A stretch of DNA of 64,000 nt from a virus (IMGVR_UViG_3300037467_001552:4922-68921), one strand, 5' to 3'; counted from the stretch's first letter, positions 27,383 through 36,192 are shown. Notes: a model not told the origin generated them from the letters alone. Numbers and translations: made by a program.

Positions 27383-27675
27383 TGCAGCACTCAGACTTCA
27401 AGATCGGCGGGCATTTCTACAGCGGCCGGTCTGACGGCAGGCTGCGCAAATGGCGCTGCACCGACGTCGGAACGCGCGTCGTCGTCGCGATCCGTGTCGA
27501 TAGCGCCGTCATCCACGAGTACGACTTCGCCGCCAAAAAGAACGCACCCAGGATCGTCTCTGAGGCGGAAGCGGAGCGGCTCGGCTGGTTCAATGGACCG
27601 CCCTACGCGGGCGTAGAGTACATCTTCGACGAAGACGACTTCGAGGGTTGCGCCCTCAGTCCCGACGAGCTGTGA
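27382..27675 (+). CDS. Hypothetical protein
   Basis: WRCTDVGTRVVVAIR..GPPYAGVEYIFDEDD. Confidence 0.65.
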   Translation: MQHSDFKIGGHFYSGRSDGRLRKWRCTDVGTRVVVAIRVDSAVIHEYDFAAKKNAPRIVSEAEAERLGWFNGPPYAGVEYIFDEDDFEGCALSPDEL

Positions 27676-27738
27676 GTGTCGGCCCCGTATCAAGTTCCTG
27701 AAAAAAACTGCTCAGCTCCCCGGAATGAGATTGACAGC

Positions 27739-27768
27739 GTTGCGTTGGGATTTTAGTTCTCGCCATAT
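27739..27768 (+). promoter_or_regulatory. sigma70-like promoter upstream of the NusG-paralogue operon
   Basis: ttgaca-17 nt-tagttc. Confidence 0.5.
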
Positions 27769-27773
27769 CAGAG

Positions 27774-28007
27774 ATGCGAGGGTGTTTCGTGTTGTATGCG
27801 GTCACCCTTGAGGCAGTCGAGCAGAGCTTCCTAGACGAGGCCATGCGGTCCATCTCGGTCCGCTCTTTCCTCGTTCGCCGCGCCGCCCTCGGGTACGCCG
27901 AGCAGATCTGCGCCGAGTTCCCGCATCCGGCCAATCATGAAACCGTCAATGAGATGCGTGCCCGCCTGAAGGCCGCGCACCGTGCCCTCTTTCGCGTGGT
28001 GAAGTGA
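27774..28007 (+). CDS. Hypothetical protein
   Basis: 77 aa. Confidence 0.5.
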   Translation: MRGCFVLYAVTLEAVEQSFLDEAMRSISVRSFLVRRAALGYAEQICAEFPHPANHETVNEMRARLKAAHRALFRVVK

Positions 28008-28008
28008 C

Positions 28009-28734
28009 GTGGCGAACAAGCTGAACAAGATCCGCAAGCGGCTCGAGGCCAAGGCCACGCCGCAGCACAACAGCCGGATCGAGGCGCCCTATGTCGCCGC
28101 GCAGGTCCGCTATGTGCCGCTCGGCGAGGATGAGCGGATCTCGCCGCCCGCTATCGCCAACGACCTCACCTGGTACGCGATCATGGTCCGCCCCGGCACG
28201 CATCGCCGGGTGCTGGCGGCCATGAAGCGCGCCGCGATCGTCACCTACTGTCCGGTCGAGACGCGCTGGGCGTTCCGCGCCCGCTCGAACGTCAAGGAGG
28301 AGACGCAGCGCCCGCTGTTCGGCTCGATCCTGTTCATCGGCACCGATGAGCGCACGAACTGGGTCGCGATCCGGTTCAACGATGACGTGCCCGGCGTGCT
28401 TTCGAACTACGGCAAGCCGATCGCGATCCCGCGCGATGACCTGCGCGCGCTGGCCGACCGCGAGCGTTTCGGCGGGTTCAAGGGCGGCAAAGAAGACCTG
28501 CCGAAGCCCGCGGTCGAGCCCGAGCCCGTAGTGGTCACAGCCTCGGGGATCAAGCTCGGCGATGTCGCGCAATTCGGCGAGGGCATCTTCGTCGGCGCCG
28601 AGGTCGACGTCGTCGGCCTCCAGGATAACGAGGCCAAAGTGGTGCTCAAGCACTTCCGGTCCGCCTCGATCATGCGCGTGCCGGTGAGCATGTTGCAGCC
28701 GGTGGCGAAGGTTGAGGTCGAGGTAGTGGCATGA
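28009..28734 (+). CDS. NusG/RfaH-family transcription antiterminator
   Basis: NGN domain WYAIMVRPG..RPLFGSILFIG; KOW domain IKLGDVAQFGEGIFVG. Confidence 0.85.
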   Translation: MANKLNKIRKRLEAKATPQHNSRIEAPYVAAQVRYVPLGEDERISPPAIANDLTWYAIMVRPGTHRRVLAAMKRAAIVTYCPVETRWAFRARSNVKEETQRPLFGSILFIGTDERTNWVAIRFNDDVPGVLSNYGKPIAIPRDDLRALADRERFGGFKGGKEDLPKPAVEPEPVVVTASGIKLGDVAQFGEGIFVGAEVDVVGLQDNEAKVVLKHFRSASIMRVPVSMLQPVAKVEVEVVA

Positions 28735-28880
28735 CGGAGAAGGAGCGCGCTAGCCGCGCTCAAACCCGACGCGTTCTGCTGATCCGATTGAAGCGGCTGG
28801 AAGACACGATCCGGCTGGCGCGGTCTGACATGACCTACATCCGCAAGCTCATCGCCGAGCTAGAGGCGGGCGAGCAATGA
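28731..28880 (+). CDS. Small hypothetical protein
   Basis: ATGA-coupled, 49 aa. Confidence 0.45.
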   Translation: MTEKERASRAQTRRVLLIRLKRLEDTIRLARSDMTYIRKLIAELEAGEQ

Positions 28881-28963
28881 CCGCCTTCGACGTCGTCCGC
28901 ACCGTCGCCGGCTACGTCACGGTCGCTCTGATCGTCTACATCTCGACGTTTCTGTACATCTGA
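28877..28963 (+). CDS. Small membrane peptide
   Basis: MTAFDVVRTVAGYVTVALIVYISTFLYI*. Confidence 0.4.
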   Translation: MTAFDVVRTVAGYVTVALIVYISTFLYI

Positions 28964-29086
28964 CGCTTGCGCGACGGCCCGATCAGGCTATCGTGCAAGC
29001 ATAGTCGCGCCCATATACGTGTATATACTCTTAGTTTTATTTAACACTTTCAATTTTATGAGAAGAATTTCTTAACAACAACAGGC

Positions 29087-29114
29087 TTGACAGGGCAATC
29101 GGCGCTCATATACT
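29087..29114 (+). promoter_or_regulatory. Strong sigma70 promoter with AT-rich upstream region
   Basis: ttgaca-16 nt-tatact; 28990-29085 is very AT-rich. Confidence 0.75.
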
Positions 29115-29119
29115 TGAGG

Positions 29120-29530
29120 GCATAGCGAGTGTTCCGGCCAGAAGGCGAACGCCTCAACGCTGCCGTAGAACCTGTCGCCGCGCCGCCCGATCGGGCAGAG
29201 CACGTCGACCGCAAAGTGCGAAGCTATGCTTTCGCGATCCCATGAAATTCCAAGTTTGATGCCGGCGCGATGCGGGGGTCTTGCCCGATTGACCCGCTGA
29301 GTGCTGGCATCAATCTCTTGTCGCTGAGGACGGAATGCCGCCGTCGCCCCTGCTGTGTTGTCCGGCGGGGGAGAAGCCGAGTTTAGCGCCGGCCAGCGTC
29401 AATCCCATCGACCACGCCGGAACAACATCCCTCGGACAGTAAGAGTCCGCGCCTCTGGTCGACCTTCGATGCGGCAGTACCCTGCCGGTATCCGGCTCCT
29501 GGCGAGCCCGCATCGACCCCTTTCCCCGAG
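29120..29530 (+). ncRNA. Candidate long structured leader RNA
   Basis: No credible ORF; helices 29120-29126/29223-29229, 29256-29266/29303-29313, 29466-29474/29508-29516. Confidence 0.45.
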
Positions 29531-29536
29531 ACCGCC

Positions 29537-29650
29537 ATGCGCAAGATCGCCCAATATGCTGCGGCGGCCTCGACGGCTGCGTTCGGCCTGCTCCTGGCGG
29601 CTCACGCCTATGCGGACTGGTATGTCTCGCACGCGCTGAGCATCGGCTAA
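29537..29650 (+). CDS. Small membrane/secreted peptide
   Basis: MRKIAQYAAAASTAAFGLLLAAHAYADWYVSHALSIG*. Confidence 0.45.
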   Translation: MRKIAQYAAAASTAAFGLLLAAHAYADWYVSHALSIG

Positions 29651-29895
29651 TGGCCAAGGTCACGGCTGCGGCCGCCAATGCCTGGGCCGACGCGCGCAAG
29701 CCTGTCGCCTTCTGGCTCATCGAGCACGCCGCCTCCGACATCGCCGATCCGCTCTTCTATGCGGACTGGGCTCGGCCCAATCCCTGGAGCGTCGAGAAAG
29801 CGCGCGCCAAGCGCTGGTCGACCCGCGAGGCGGCCTGGGACTACGCGTACGCCAATCTCAACCAGACCCTTGTGCGCGTGAGGCGCCACTTCTGA
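29650..29895 (+). CDS. Hypothetical protein
   Basis: 81 aa, Trp-rich. Confidence 0.55.
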   Translation: MAKVTAAAANAWADARKPVAFWLIEHAASDIADPLFYADWARPNPWSVEKARAKRWSTREAAWDYAYANLNQTLVRVRRHF

Positions 29896-29905
29896 TCGGA
29901 GGCTG

Positions 29906-30097
29906 ATGCCGATGACCCAGACCGAGCGCATCCACAACCTGCAACGGCTCTGGGGCACGATCGAGGCCCGCATAGCGAGCGACAGCGACCTTCGCGAGAA
30001 GGTCGAGTTCCGCATGCTCAACGAGCTGATCAAGGGCTTGCACGGCCGCCCGGAGTTGACCGTCGTCGTCAACAACGTCGTGAAGCTGCGCGGGTAG
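29906..30097 (+). CDS. Hypothetical protein
   Basis: 63 aa, RBS ggagg. Confidence 0.55.
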   Translation: MPMTQTERIHNLQRLWGTIEARIASDSDLREKVEFRMLNELIKGLHGRPELTVVVNNVVKLRG

Positions 30098-30101
30098 GGC
30101 G

Positions 30102-30428
30102 ATGCTCTACCGCGAGCTGCTCGTCCGCCTCATCATGGTGTTGCTGGTCTTGGTCGCCGGCGAGCTGCTGGTCTCCGCGATCGAGCGCGCCCACGCTGCG
30201 ACGGTCGGCTACCGGATCGAGGTCCGGGTCTGCGATGACAGGTTCTGCGCCCAGATCCGCACTGCCGAAAGCCTCTGGGCTGGCCAGTACGCTTGCGCCA
30301 AACGCGCCGGCACAATCCAGGGCTTGGCCGTCGACTTCCTGAACGACCAGCGCTTCGAAGGAGCGCGCCCCTCTCTCAAGGTCGGCGCCGAGTGCGTCCC
30401 GGTTGTCAGCGACAAACAGGGGGCGTGA
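30102..30428 (+). CDS. Secreted/membrane-anchored Cys-containing protein
   Basis: N-terminal hydrophobic segment, 4 Cys. Confidence 0.55.
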   Translation: MLYRELLVRLIMVLLVLVAGELLVSAIERAHAATVGYRIEVRVCDDRFCAQIRTAESLWAGQYACAKRAGTIQGLAVDFLNDQRFEGARPSLKVGAECVPVVSDKQGA

Positions 30429-30429
30429 C

Positions 30430-30627
30430 ATGCTCGCCGTCATCCTGATCTGCGCCTCCGCCCTCTCTCCCGACGCCTGCACGCGCCAGACCGCGCTCGA
30501 CGTCCAGACGCAGCCGGTGCCGACGCCCTTCGCCTGTATGGCCGCAGGGCAGGCGATCCCGGCCCGCGATGGCCTGGCACCCGGCACCTTCGCAAAGACG
30601 CTGTGCGAGCGGCGCAAGCAATCCTAG
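30430..30627 (+). CDS. Small secreted Cys-containing protein
   Basis: MLAVILICASALSPDACTRQTALDV..FACMAAGQA. Confidence 0.6.
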   Translation: MLAVILICASALSPDACTRQTALDVQTQPVPTPFACMAAGQAIPARDGLAPGTFAKTLCERRKQS

Positions 30628-30733
30628 GGGCATCCGGCATGATCGAGGCACTGTCCATGTTCATGCTGTCCTGCCTGATGCTCGGCGGCACCTTCGCGAT
30701 CATTCTGGGCGTCGCGCGCCGCCAGGGGCGGTG

Positions 30734-30895
30734 ATGCTCGACCATATCGCCCGCGCGATCCTGCTCAGCGTCACGCCCGCACAGCTCCGCGGGCTGAAGC
30801 GGCTGCTCGAGGCCGTCGCGCATGCCGGCACGAACGCGATCGAGCGCGGCACCGCCGCCGAACTGCTGAAAGCCATCCGCGTGCGGAGCGATTGA
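30734..30895 (+). CDS. Small hypothetical protein
   Basis: TGATG-coupled, 53 aa. Confidence 0.45.
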   Translation: MLDHIARAILLSVTPAQLRGLKRLLEAVAHAGTNAIERGTAAELLKAIRVRSD

Positions 30896-31039
30896 TGCCC
30901 CGTCAGGATGTGACGCTCGACCAGCTCGTCGGCCTCTGGGCCGCCCTGGCACAGACCTACTTCGCCTCGCTGCCTTGGGTGCCGCATGCGGTCCTTCGAT
31001 ACTACGCCGGATGCTACGGCGGACGGTCTGACGAGGCCG

Positions 31040-31207
31040 ATGGCGGCAGCGCTCGTTGAGGCCGGCATCATGCCGGTGTCCGAGTTCGTCCGCATGTGCG
31101 TCGAGGGCGCCTTTAAGCCGCCGCTTCGGCTCGTGGTCGACAATACCAAGTCGCGGCCCTTCCAGGCGCAGCGGCGCGAGTCTCCGCAGCCGATGCTGCC
31201 GGTCTGA
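31040..31207 (+). CDS. Small hypothetical protein
   Basis: MAAALVEAGIMPVSEFVRMC..PPLRLVVDN. Confidence 0.45.
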   Translation: MAAALVEAGIMPVSEFVRMCVEGAFKPPLRLVVDNTKSRPFQAQRRESPQPMLPV

Positions 31208-31666
31208 AAGGCCACGCCCGATGGCGCTCGTTTCCATTCTCAATCCGCTCACCGGCCAGACGGTCGTCATCGACACCGAGACCGGCAAGCGCCGCTGAGC
31301 GCGGGCGGCATCGGACAGCAACCCTCCGGTGTCGCCCCCGCTTTGCGGGTTCGCATCAGCGCGAAGCCCCGGGCCAGCCTAGCCGCTGGTCTGGGGTCTC
31401 GGGCTCACACGTTCGGTGGCACGATCCCCCGTTGTCCCGCTCGGCCTGGGACTGTTCGGATAGAGAAGGGGATCGTTGAGCGCCTCCTATCCCAGCCTGT
31501 TGACCTGAGTAACGGCGGCTCCGGCCGCGCCTGCGAAAGGCGAGGGTGCCGGGTGCATCAGGTACGCCGAAGTCGCGACGCCACCGAAACCTTCCCCTTT
31601 CAACGCTCTCCCCTTCGGAGCCCTCCCGCGCCTCACTGCCAGCGCGCCCGCTGATCAGGATCCCCG

Positions 31667-32089
31667 ATGCTCAAACGCAGCCTCGTCGCTGCGGCGCTCG
31701 CTCTGTGCGTCGCAACCCCCGCGCATGCGCTCGATGTGAGGAGCATCATCGCTGATGCGGCTCGCGCAGTCGGTGTTCCGATCCCCCTGGCGCAAGGCTT
31801 GGTGACGGTCGAGACCGGGCATCGCTGTGGCCTGATCGGCCGCGCTCTCGAAAGGGGGCCGGCCCAGATCAAGCCAAAAACGGCCAGGGGCATCGGTTAC
31901 CGCGGTCCTGACTCCGGCCTGAGTGACTGCCGCACGGGCGCACTCTGGGGCATGCGTTATCTGCGCCTTGCCCTTGACCGCTCTCATGGTAACTGGATGG
32001 CCGCGGCGACTAGGTACAATGCTGGCCTGGGCACTCGCCGGACTTCTTCCGAGTACGGACGCAAAGTCATCGTCGCTTCAAGACGATAA
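31667..32089 (+). CDS. Secreted lytic transglycosylase (SLT domain)
   Basis: Signal peptide; LVTVETG catalytic Glu, GPAQIKPKTA, GMRYLR, AATRYNAG. Confidence 0.85.
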   Translation: MLKRSLVAAALALCVATPAHALDVRSIIADAARAVGVPIPLAQGLVTVETGHRCGLIGRALERGPAQIKPKTARGIGYRGPDSGLSDCRTGALWGMRYLRLALDRSHGNWMAAATRYNAGLGTRRTSSEYGRKVIVASRR

Positions 32090-32128
32090 ATTGGGTTTAA
32101 TCTGATCTCGTCTATGGTATAGTGAGCC

Positions 32129-32824
32129 ATGGCGAAGATTGAGACCGCCGATCTGATCGGCAAGACCTTCGGTGGCGTCACGATCGTCGCAGACGCTGGC
32201 TATGGCGGGCGCGGCTGGGGCCCGATGGTCCGGACTCGTTGCTTCTGCGGCACCGAAAGCGTGTCTCAGCGCCGCGCCGTCGTGTCGGGCAAGAAGAAGT
32301 CCTGCGGGTGCGCGCAGCGAGCCGCGTTCGAGCGCAATCGAGCGCCGAAGCACGGGCACACGGCTGGTGGCGGGGCGTCGCCTACGTGGCGCTCCTGGAA
32401 CTCGATGATGACCCGCTGCTACAACGAGCGGCACGAGCACTTTGCCGAGTACGGCGGTCGCGGCATCAAGGTTTGCGAGCGCTGGCACGAGTTTGCCAAC
32501 TTCCTGGCCGACATGGGCGAGCGCCCTAAAGGCAAGACGCTTGATCGCTATCCCAATGGGGACGGCGACTACGAGCCCGGCAACTGCCGATGGGCAACGC
32601 CAAAGGAGCAGGCAGCGAACCGGCGCGCATCGCCAGAGCGCGCCAGCAGGCGGCACTTCGAATACCGCGGGCAGGTCCGCCCTATAGGCGACCTCATCAA
32701 AGAGACGGGCTGCCCGGTCCCGCGGCAGACCGTCATTGATCGCGTAAAGCGCGGCTGGAGCATCGAAGACGCTCTTACGCTGCCCTCCGATAGGGCGCGG
32801 AGAGTACAAGCCGCCGCGAGGTAG
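32129..32824 (+). CDS. HNH-type homing endonuclease
   Basis: CFCG..SCGC, YGGRGIKVCERW, TLDRYPNGDGDYEPGNCRWAT. Confidence 0.88.
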   Translation: MAKIETADLIGKTFGGVTIVADAGYGGRGWGPMVRTRCFCGTESVSQRRAVVSGKKKSCGCAQRAAFERNRAPKHGHTAGGGASPTWRSWNSMMTRCYNERHEHFAEYGGRGIKVCERWHEFANFLADMGERPKGKTLDRYPNGDGDYEPGNCRWATPKEQAANRRASPERASRRHFEYRGQVRPIGDLIKETGCPVPRQTVIDRVKRGWSIEDALTLPSDRARRVQAAAR

Positions 32825-32825
32825 C

Positions 32826-33026
32826 ATGACGTTCCAGGAAGCGGTTGCACGCCTCGTCCGCGCCATGCAGGCCGAAGGCATCGAGCCTGTCGACGGCCGC
32901 TATGTCCTGCATCTCCCGATCCAAGGCGTCGCCAAGGCGCATGCCCCGCGGTCGAGCTATCGCATGGGCGCAATGACCAAGCGCCAGGCGCGCCGCCTTT
33001 CCACCGCGTGGCTGTACCTGCCCTAG
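32826..33026 (+). CDS. Hypothetical protein
   Basis: 66 aa. Confidence 0.45.
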   Translation: MTFQEAVARLVRAMQAEGIEPVDGRYVLHLPIQGVAKAHAPRSSYRMGAMTKRQARRLSTAWLYLP

Positions 33027-33050
33027 ATCCTATCCTGATAGGGACGCGTC

Positions 33051-33302
33051 ATGCACCAGCCCGTGACCATCAGCATCCCTGTCGACGGGTCGCCGTTCTC
33101 GGATGAGATCTCGCACCTGATCCCGGCGTTCATCGCCGCGTCGTCCGATGCGCTGGAGGATGGCCATAGTGCAGAAGCGGTTTCTGCCGCGCTGTCGTTC
33201 GCAGCGTGCCTCGTTGCGGGCCAAAAGCCCGACAGCGAAGTGTTCCTCAAGTATTGCCAGCGGCTCGCCCGAAAGTATCGCGGCGCCAAGCTCAGTTCGT
33301 GA
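33051..33302 (+). CDS. Hypothetical protein
   Basis: 83 aa. Confidence 0.45.
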   Translation: MHQPVTISIPVDGSPFSDEISHLIPAFIAASSDALEDGHSAEAVSAALSFAACLVAGQKPDSEVFLKYCQRLARKYRGAKLSS

Positions 33303-33328
33303 TCTGGTCGAGGCGCCCCGCAGGGTGC

Positions 33329-33664
33329 CTATGACCTTTCTGGAGATGCTGGCCGAGGACGAAGCGACACCAACTGCGCCGCACGTTCCGGACCAAGACG
33401 CCGCGCCAGCTCGGCCCGCATGTCGGCGCCGTCGGGGCCGTTGACCGCCCAGGCCGCGCCGAAGCTGATCGACCAGAACACCATCAGCCGCATGTAGCCG
33501 AGCGCCCATTCCGGCGGCGCGGACTTGCCCTTGTAGAACGCCTTGGCCGCGTTCTCGGTCGAGCCCGTCAGCTCGGCAAACTCGGCAACACTCATCCGGA
33601 GCAGGGCGAGCCCGGCGCGGAACTCTTCACAGGCTTGCGCCTGGGCTTGCTCTTCTGGGGTCAC
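33329..33664 (-). CDS. HTH-containing protein
   Basis: FRAGLALLRMSVAEFAELTGSTENAAKAFYKG. Confidence 0.65.
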   Translation of the reverse strand: MTPEEQAQAQACEEFRAGLALLRMSVAEFAELTGSTENAAKAFYKGKSAPPEWALGYMRLMVFWSISFGAAWAVNGPDGADMRAELARRLGPERAAQLVSLRPRPASPERS

Positions 33665-34002
33665 GCGGCATCCTCTTCCGCCTCAGGCAGACGAAAGCCG
33701 TCCGCCTCGAGGCTCTTGATCAGGCGATAGACGATTTCGGCGTTCATGGAGCGCCCGTTCGCGCTGGCGATGGTCGCGATCTGGGCGCGCAGCGCTTCCG
33801 GCATCCTGATCTTGAACTGTGGCGAGTCCTGCGGGACGATAGGCATGGGCCTCATGAACGGGGAGGGCATCTTCTCCGTCACTGTCACTGAAGCCTCCGT
33901 GTCCTGAAAGTGACTCCAGATCAGTTCGAGCAGTGCGCGCGCAACGGCCTGATCGTCGCCGTCCGCGGCCAGTTCGACTAGGAAAGTGCGCTTCGACATC
34001 AC
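33661..34002 (-). CDS. Arc-like DNA-binding protein
   Basis: PQFKIRMPEALRAQIATIASANGRSMNAEIVYRL. Confidence 0.85.
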   Translation of the reverse strand: MMSKRTFLVELAADGDDQAVARALLELIWSHFQDTEASVTVTEKMPSPFMRPMPIVPQDSPQFKIRMPEALRAQIATIASANGRSMNAEIVYRLIKSLEADGFRLPEAEEDAA

Positions 34003-34553
34003 TGCGCCTCCAAAATCCGAAACACGCTGCGCGTGCCGATCCCAACGCGGCGCGCCGCCTCGGCCTTGCTGAAGCCTTCCGCGATCAGGGCCCGCACCTG
34101 ATCGGACTTGGCGAGCGCGGTCGGCGCACGGCCCTTGTACTTGCCCGCGGCTTTGGCCTTGTCGACGCCTTCGCGCTGGCGCTCGAGCATCATTTCCCGC
34201 TCGAACTGGGCGATCGAGGCCATGAGGTTCATCTGAAGTTTCCCGGTTGGCGTGCCGGTGTCGATGCCCAGGCTAACGACCCGGAGCGCTGCGCCCTTGG
34301 CCTCAAGCCGCGCTTGGATCGCGCAGAAATGCTGCACCGAGCGCGCAAGGCGGTCGAGCTTGGTCACGACCAACGTGTCACCCTCGCGGCAGTAGTCGAC
34401 CGCCGCCTCGAGCTGCGCGCGCGACGCGACCGATGACACCTGTTCCTGAAAGACCTTCTCGCAGCCGAGCGCTTTCAGGTCTCTGATCTGGGCCTCGAAA
34501 CCGGCGACTTGCTCGGCGGTCGAGGTGCGGGCGTAGCCGATAAGCATGGTCAC
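33999..34553 (-). CDS. Small serine recombinase (resolvase/invertase)
   Basis: IGYARTST catalytic Ser, VVTKLDRLARS, ERQREG, C-terminal HTH. Confidence 0.95.
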   Translation of the reverse strand: MTMLIGYARTSTAEQVAGFEAQIRDLKALGCEKVFQEQVSSVASRAQLEAAVDYCREGDTLVVTKLDRLARSVQHFCAIQARLEAKGAALRVVSLGIDTGTPTGKLQMNLMASIAQFEREMMLERQREGVDKAKAAGKYKGRAPTALAKSDQVRALIAEGFSKAEAARRVGIGTRSVFRILEAQ

Positions 34554-34852
34554 GCCTCCTCTTCACCGAGGCCGAGCGCCTCAGAGACCGCTTGATCGGC
34601 GAGCGCTAGAACGGCGTAGGCCCCTTCCCGCGTGTCGCCCTCAAGCCAGTTTGCGGCAATCTGGAGCGCATCTAGGAGCGCGGGCGCCGCAGCGATAAGG
34701 CGAGCATTCGCGGCAGCCTCTCGGCGCGGGACCTGGCCCGCCCAGACGGTCGCGATGCAGTGCTCGCCCATATAGACCGCGGGATGGTTGATCCCGTCGT
34801 CGTCTAGGTCCGAGGGCTCCCACGGTCCCGGCGTGTGTACTGGCTTGTTCAT
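34550..34852 (-). CDS. Phage early protein of HTPGPW...ANARLxAAAP family
   Basis: HTPGPW...ANARLIAAAPALL. Confidence 0.7.
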   Translation of the reverse strand: MNKPVHTPGPWEPSDLDDDGINHPAVYMGEHCIATVWAGQVPRREAAANARLIAAAPALLDALQIAANWLEGDTREGAYAVLALADQAVSEALGLGEEEA

Positions 34853-34885
34853 GATATCCTCTGGGCATCTGCCCGGTTGCGATGG

Positions 34886-35326
34886 TTAGATCTTAGCGTT
34901 CTGTTTGGCCGTGTCAACTGCGGACTTGAGCTTTCGCTGGCCTTCCTCAACAGCCGCCTCAATGGTCTCGACGCCGAGGCCGAGGCAGGCCAGCAGATAG
35001 AGCTGCATGGCCTCCGGTGCCGTTGACGTGCCGTTGGCGTACTTCGCCACGGTGACCGGGTGCGCGGCGACCAGCTCGGCCGCCTGGTCGTTCGTCAGCT
35101 CGAGCAGGTCGAGCACCTGGCCGAATGGCGCGCGTTCCTCGAACGGCTTGACCGGGCCAGGCCGACGCCGCGCCGGGATCTCGCCGCGGAAATCCGACTT
35201 CAGGCCGTTGGCCTTCAAGACCTGGCGCACACGCTCGCGCGATATGCCGAGGTCGTCCGCGATGGCCGATGTGTTCTTGCCCTTGGCGACGTTGTAGAGG
35301 GACAGGATCTGGTCTGCTGTGGACAT
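34886..35326 (-). CDS. Double-HTH DNA-binding protein
   Basis: IADDLGISRERVRQVL (sigma70 region-4-like) and XRE-like QAAELVAAHPVTVAKYANG. Confidence 0.75.
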   Translation of the reverse strand: MSTADQILSLYNVAKGKNTSAIADDLGISRERVRQVLKANGLKSDFRGEIPARRRPGPVKPFEERAPFGQVLDLLELTNDQAAELVAAHPVTVAKYANGTSTAPEAMQLYLLACLGLGVETIEAAVEEGQRKLKSAVDTAKQNAKI

Positions 35327-35366
35327 GGTGGCGGTTCCTTTGAACCCCTCAAGGGGATGGCTGATG

Positions 35367-35567
35367 TCAGTCGGCTAGTCCGCGCTGGCGCAGGAAGTCT
35401 TGAGCCATCGCCTTGAAGTCCGCGTTGTCCGGCAGGTCTTTATCCGCCGCGATGCATTCCTGGATGGTCATAAAGATCAGGTCTCGCTCATCCTCGGAGT
35501 CCGCATCGCGGTAGGCTTTGGCTAGCTCATCCCACTTCGGTTCGCCATTCTCGATTAAGACTTGCAT
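35367..35567 (-). CDS. Small acidic hypothetical protein
   Basis: MQVLIENGEPKWDELAKAY...; RBS ggaggatagg. Confidence 0.55.
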   Translation of the reverse strand: MQVLIENGEPKWDELAKAYRDADSEDERDLIFMTIQECIAADKDLPDNADFKAMAQDFLRQRGLAD

Positions 35568-35652
35568 CGTCCTATCCTCCGGTTTCGTGCCCCGACCTTC
35601 AGCGCACGGCGCTCCCCATCTGGCGTGATGGGGAGAACGGTGGGCTGTGGGG

Positions 35653-35955
35653 TCAACGATAGAACCGAACGGTTTCGGGCGCGTCATGCTCGGCCACAAC
35701 GTGAGCCTTAGCCGCCTCCCGATCGCGGGCCCGGAAGAACACCGTTTCGCCCGTGTGATCCATCGCCACCCAAAGCGCCTGGCCGAGGCCCCAGTAAGCG
35801 CCGCCGGCATCGTAACCGCCCGAGTTGAGGCGGACGCGCTGGAGCTGGAGCCGCTCGGCCGTATCCAGGTTGACCATGGTGCCGGAGCGCCGGCCCATCG
35901 GGGCGCCGTAGCGGCTGGAGACGTCCGGGGTCGGGTTGAAGGTCTGAGCGGTCAT
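35653..35955 (-). CDS. Conserved phage hypothetical protein
   Basis: SRYGAPMGR..LQRVRLNSGGYDAGGAYWG. Confidence 0.75.
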   Translation of the reverse strand: MTAQTFNPTPDVSSRYGAPMGRRSGTMVNLDTAERLQLQRVRLNSGGYDAGGAYWGLGQALWVAMDHTGETVFFRARDREAAKAHVVAEHDAPETVRFYR

Positions 35956-36030
35956 TGATCCGGTTCCTTCTGTTGGGCTGCTGCCCGGTTGCGATGAAGC
36001 TAACTTAGCTCACTGATTTCATCGTGTCAA

Positions 36031-36068
36031 CTAGGCCCCGACAAAAAAGTTGCGGGGCCTAGCGTTTT
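36031..36068. terminator. Hairpin abutting the -35 box of a cassette promoter
   Basis: ctaggccccg...cggggcctag then cgttttt. Confidence 0.5.
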
Positions 36069-36075
36069 TCTGGCC

Positions 36076-36192
36076 TCAGGGATCGTACCGCATGCGCCAG
36101 GCGAGCGCGGCCGATGCCAGGAACAGCATGGCGCACGTCGTGAGCACGCCCGAGCTGTAGGACAGGATTTCGATCGTCGTTTGCGCGTGCAT
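36076..36192 (-). CDS. Small membrane peptide
   Basis: MHAQTTIEILSYSSGVLTTCAMLFLASAALAWRMRYDP*. Confidence 0.4.
   Translation of the reverse strand: MHAQTTIEILSYSSGVLTTCAMLFLASAALAWRMRYDP

Noticed and set aside
29324-29345. Hammerhead ribozyme (CTGAGGA core)
   Set aside because: The following stem is not followed by the required GAAA, and no matching stems I/III were found.
33999-34553. Integrase or tail-fibre invertase system
   Set aside because: It is a 184-aa small serine recombinase without large-serine recombinase/zinc domains; it is far from the fibre genes and I saw no inverted crossover sites around them.
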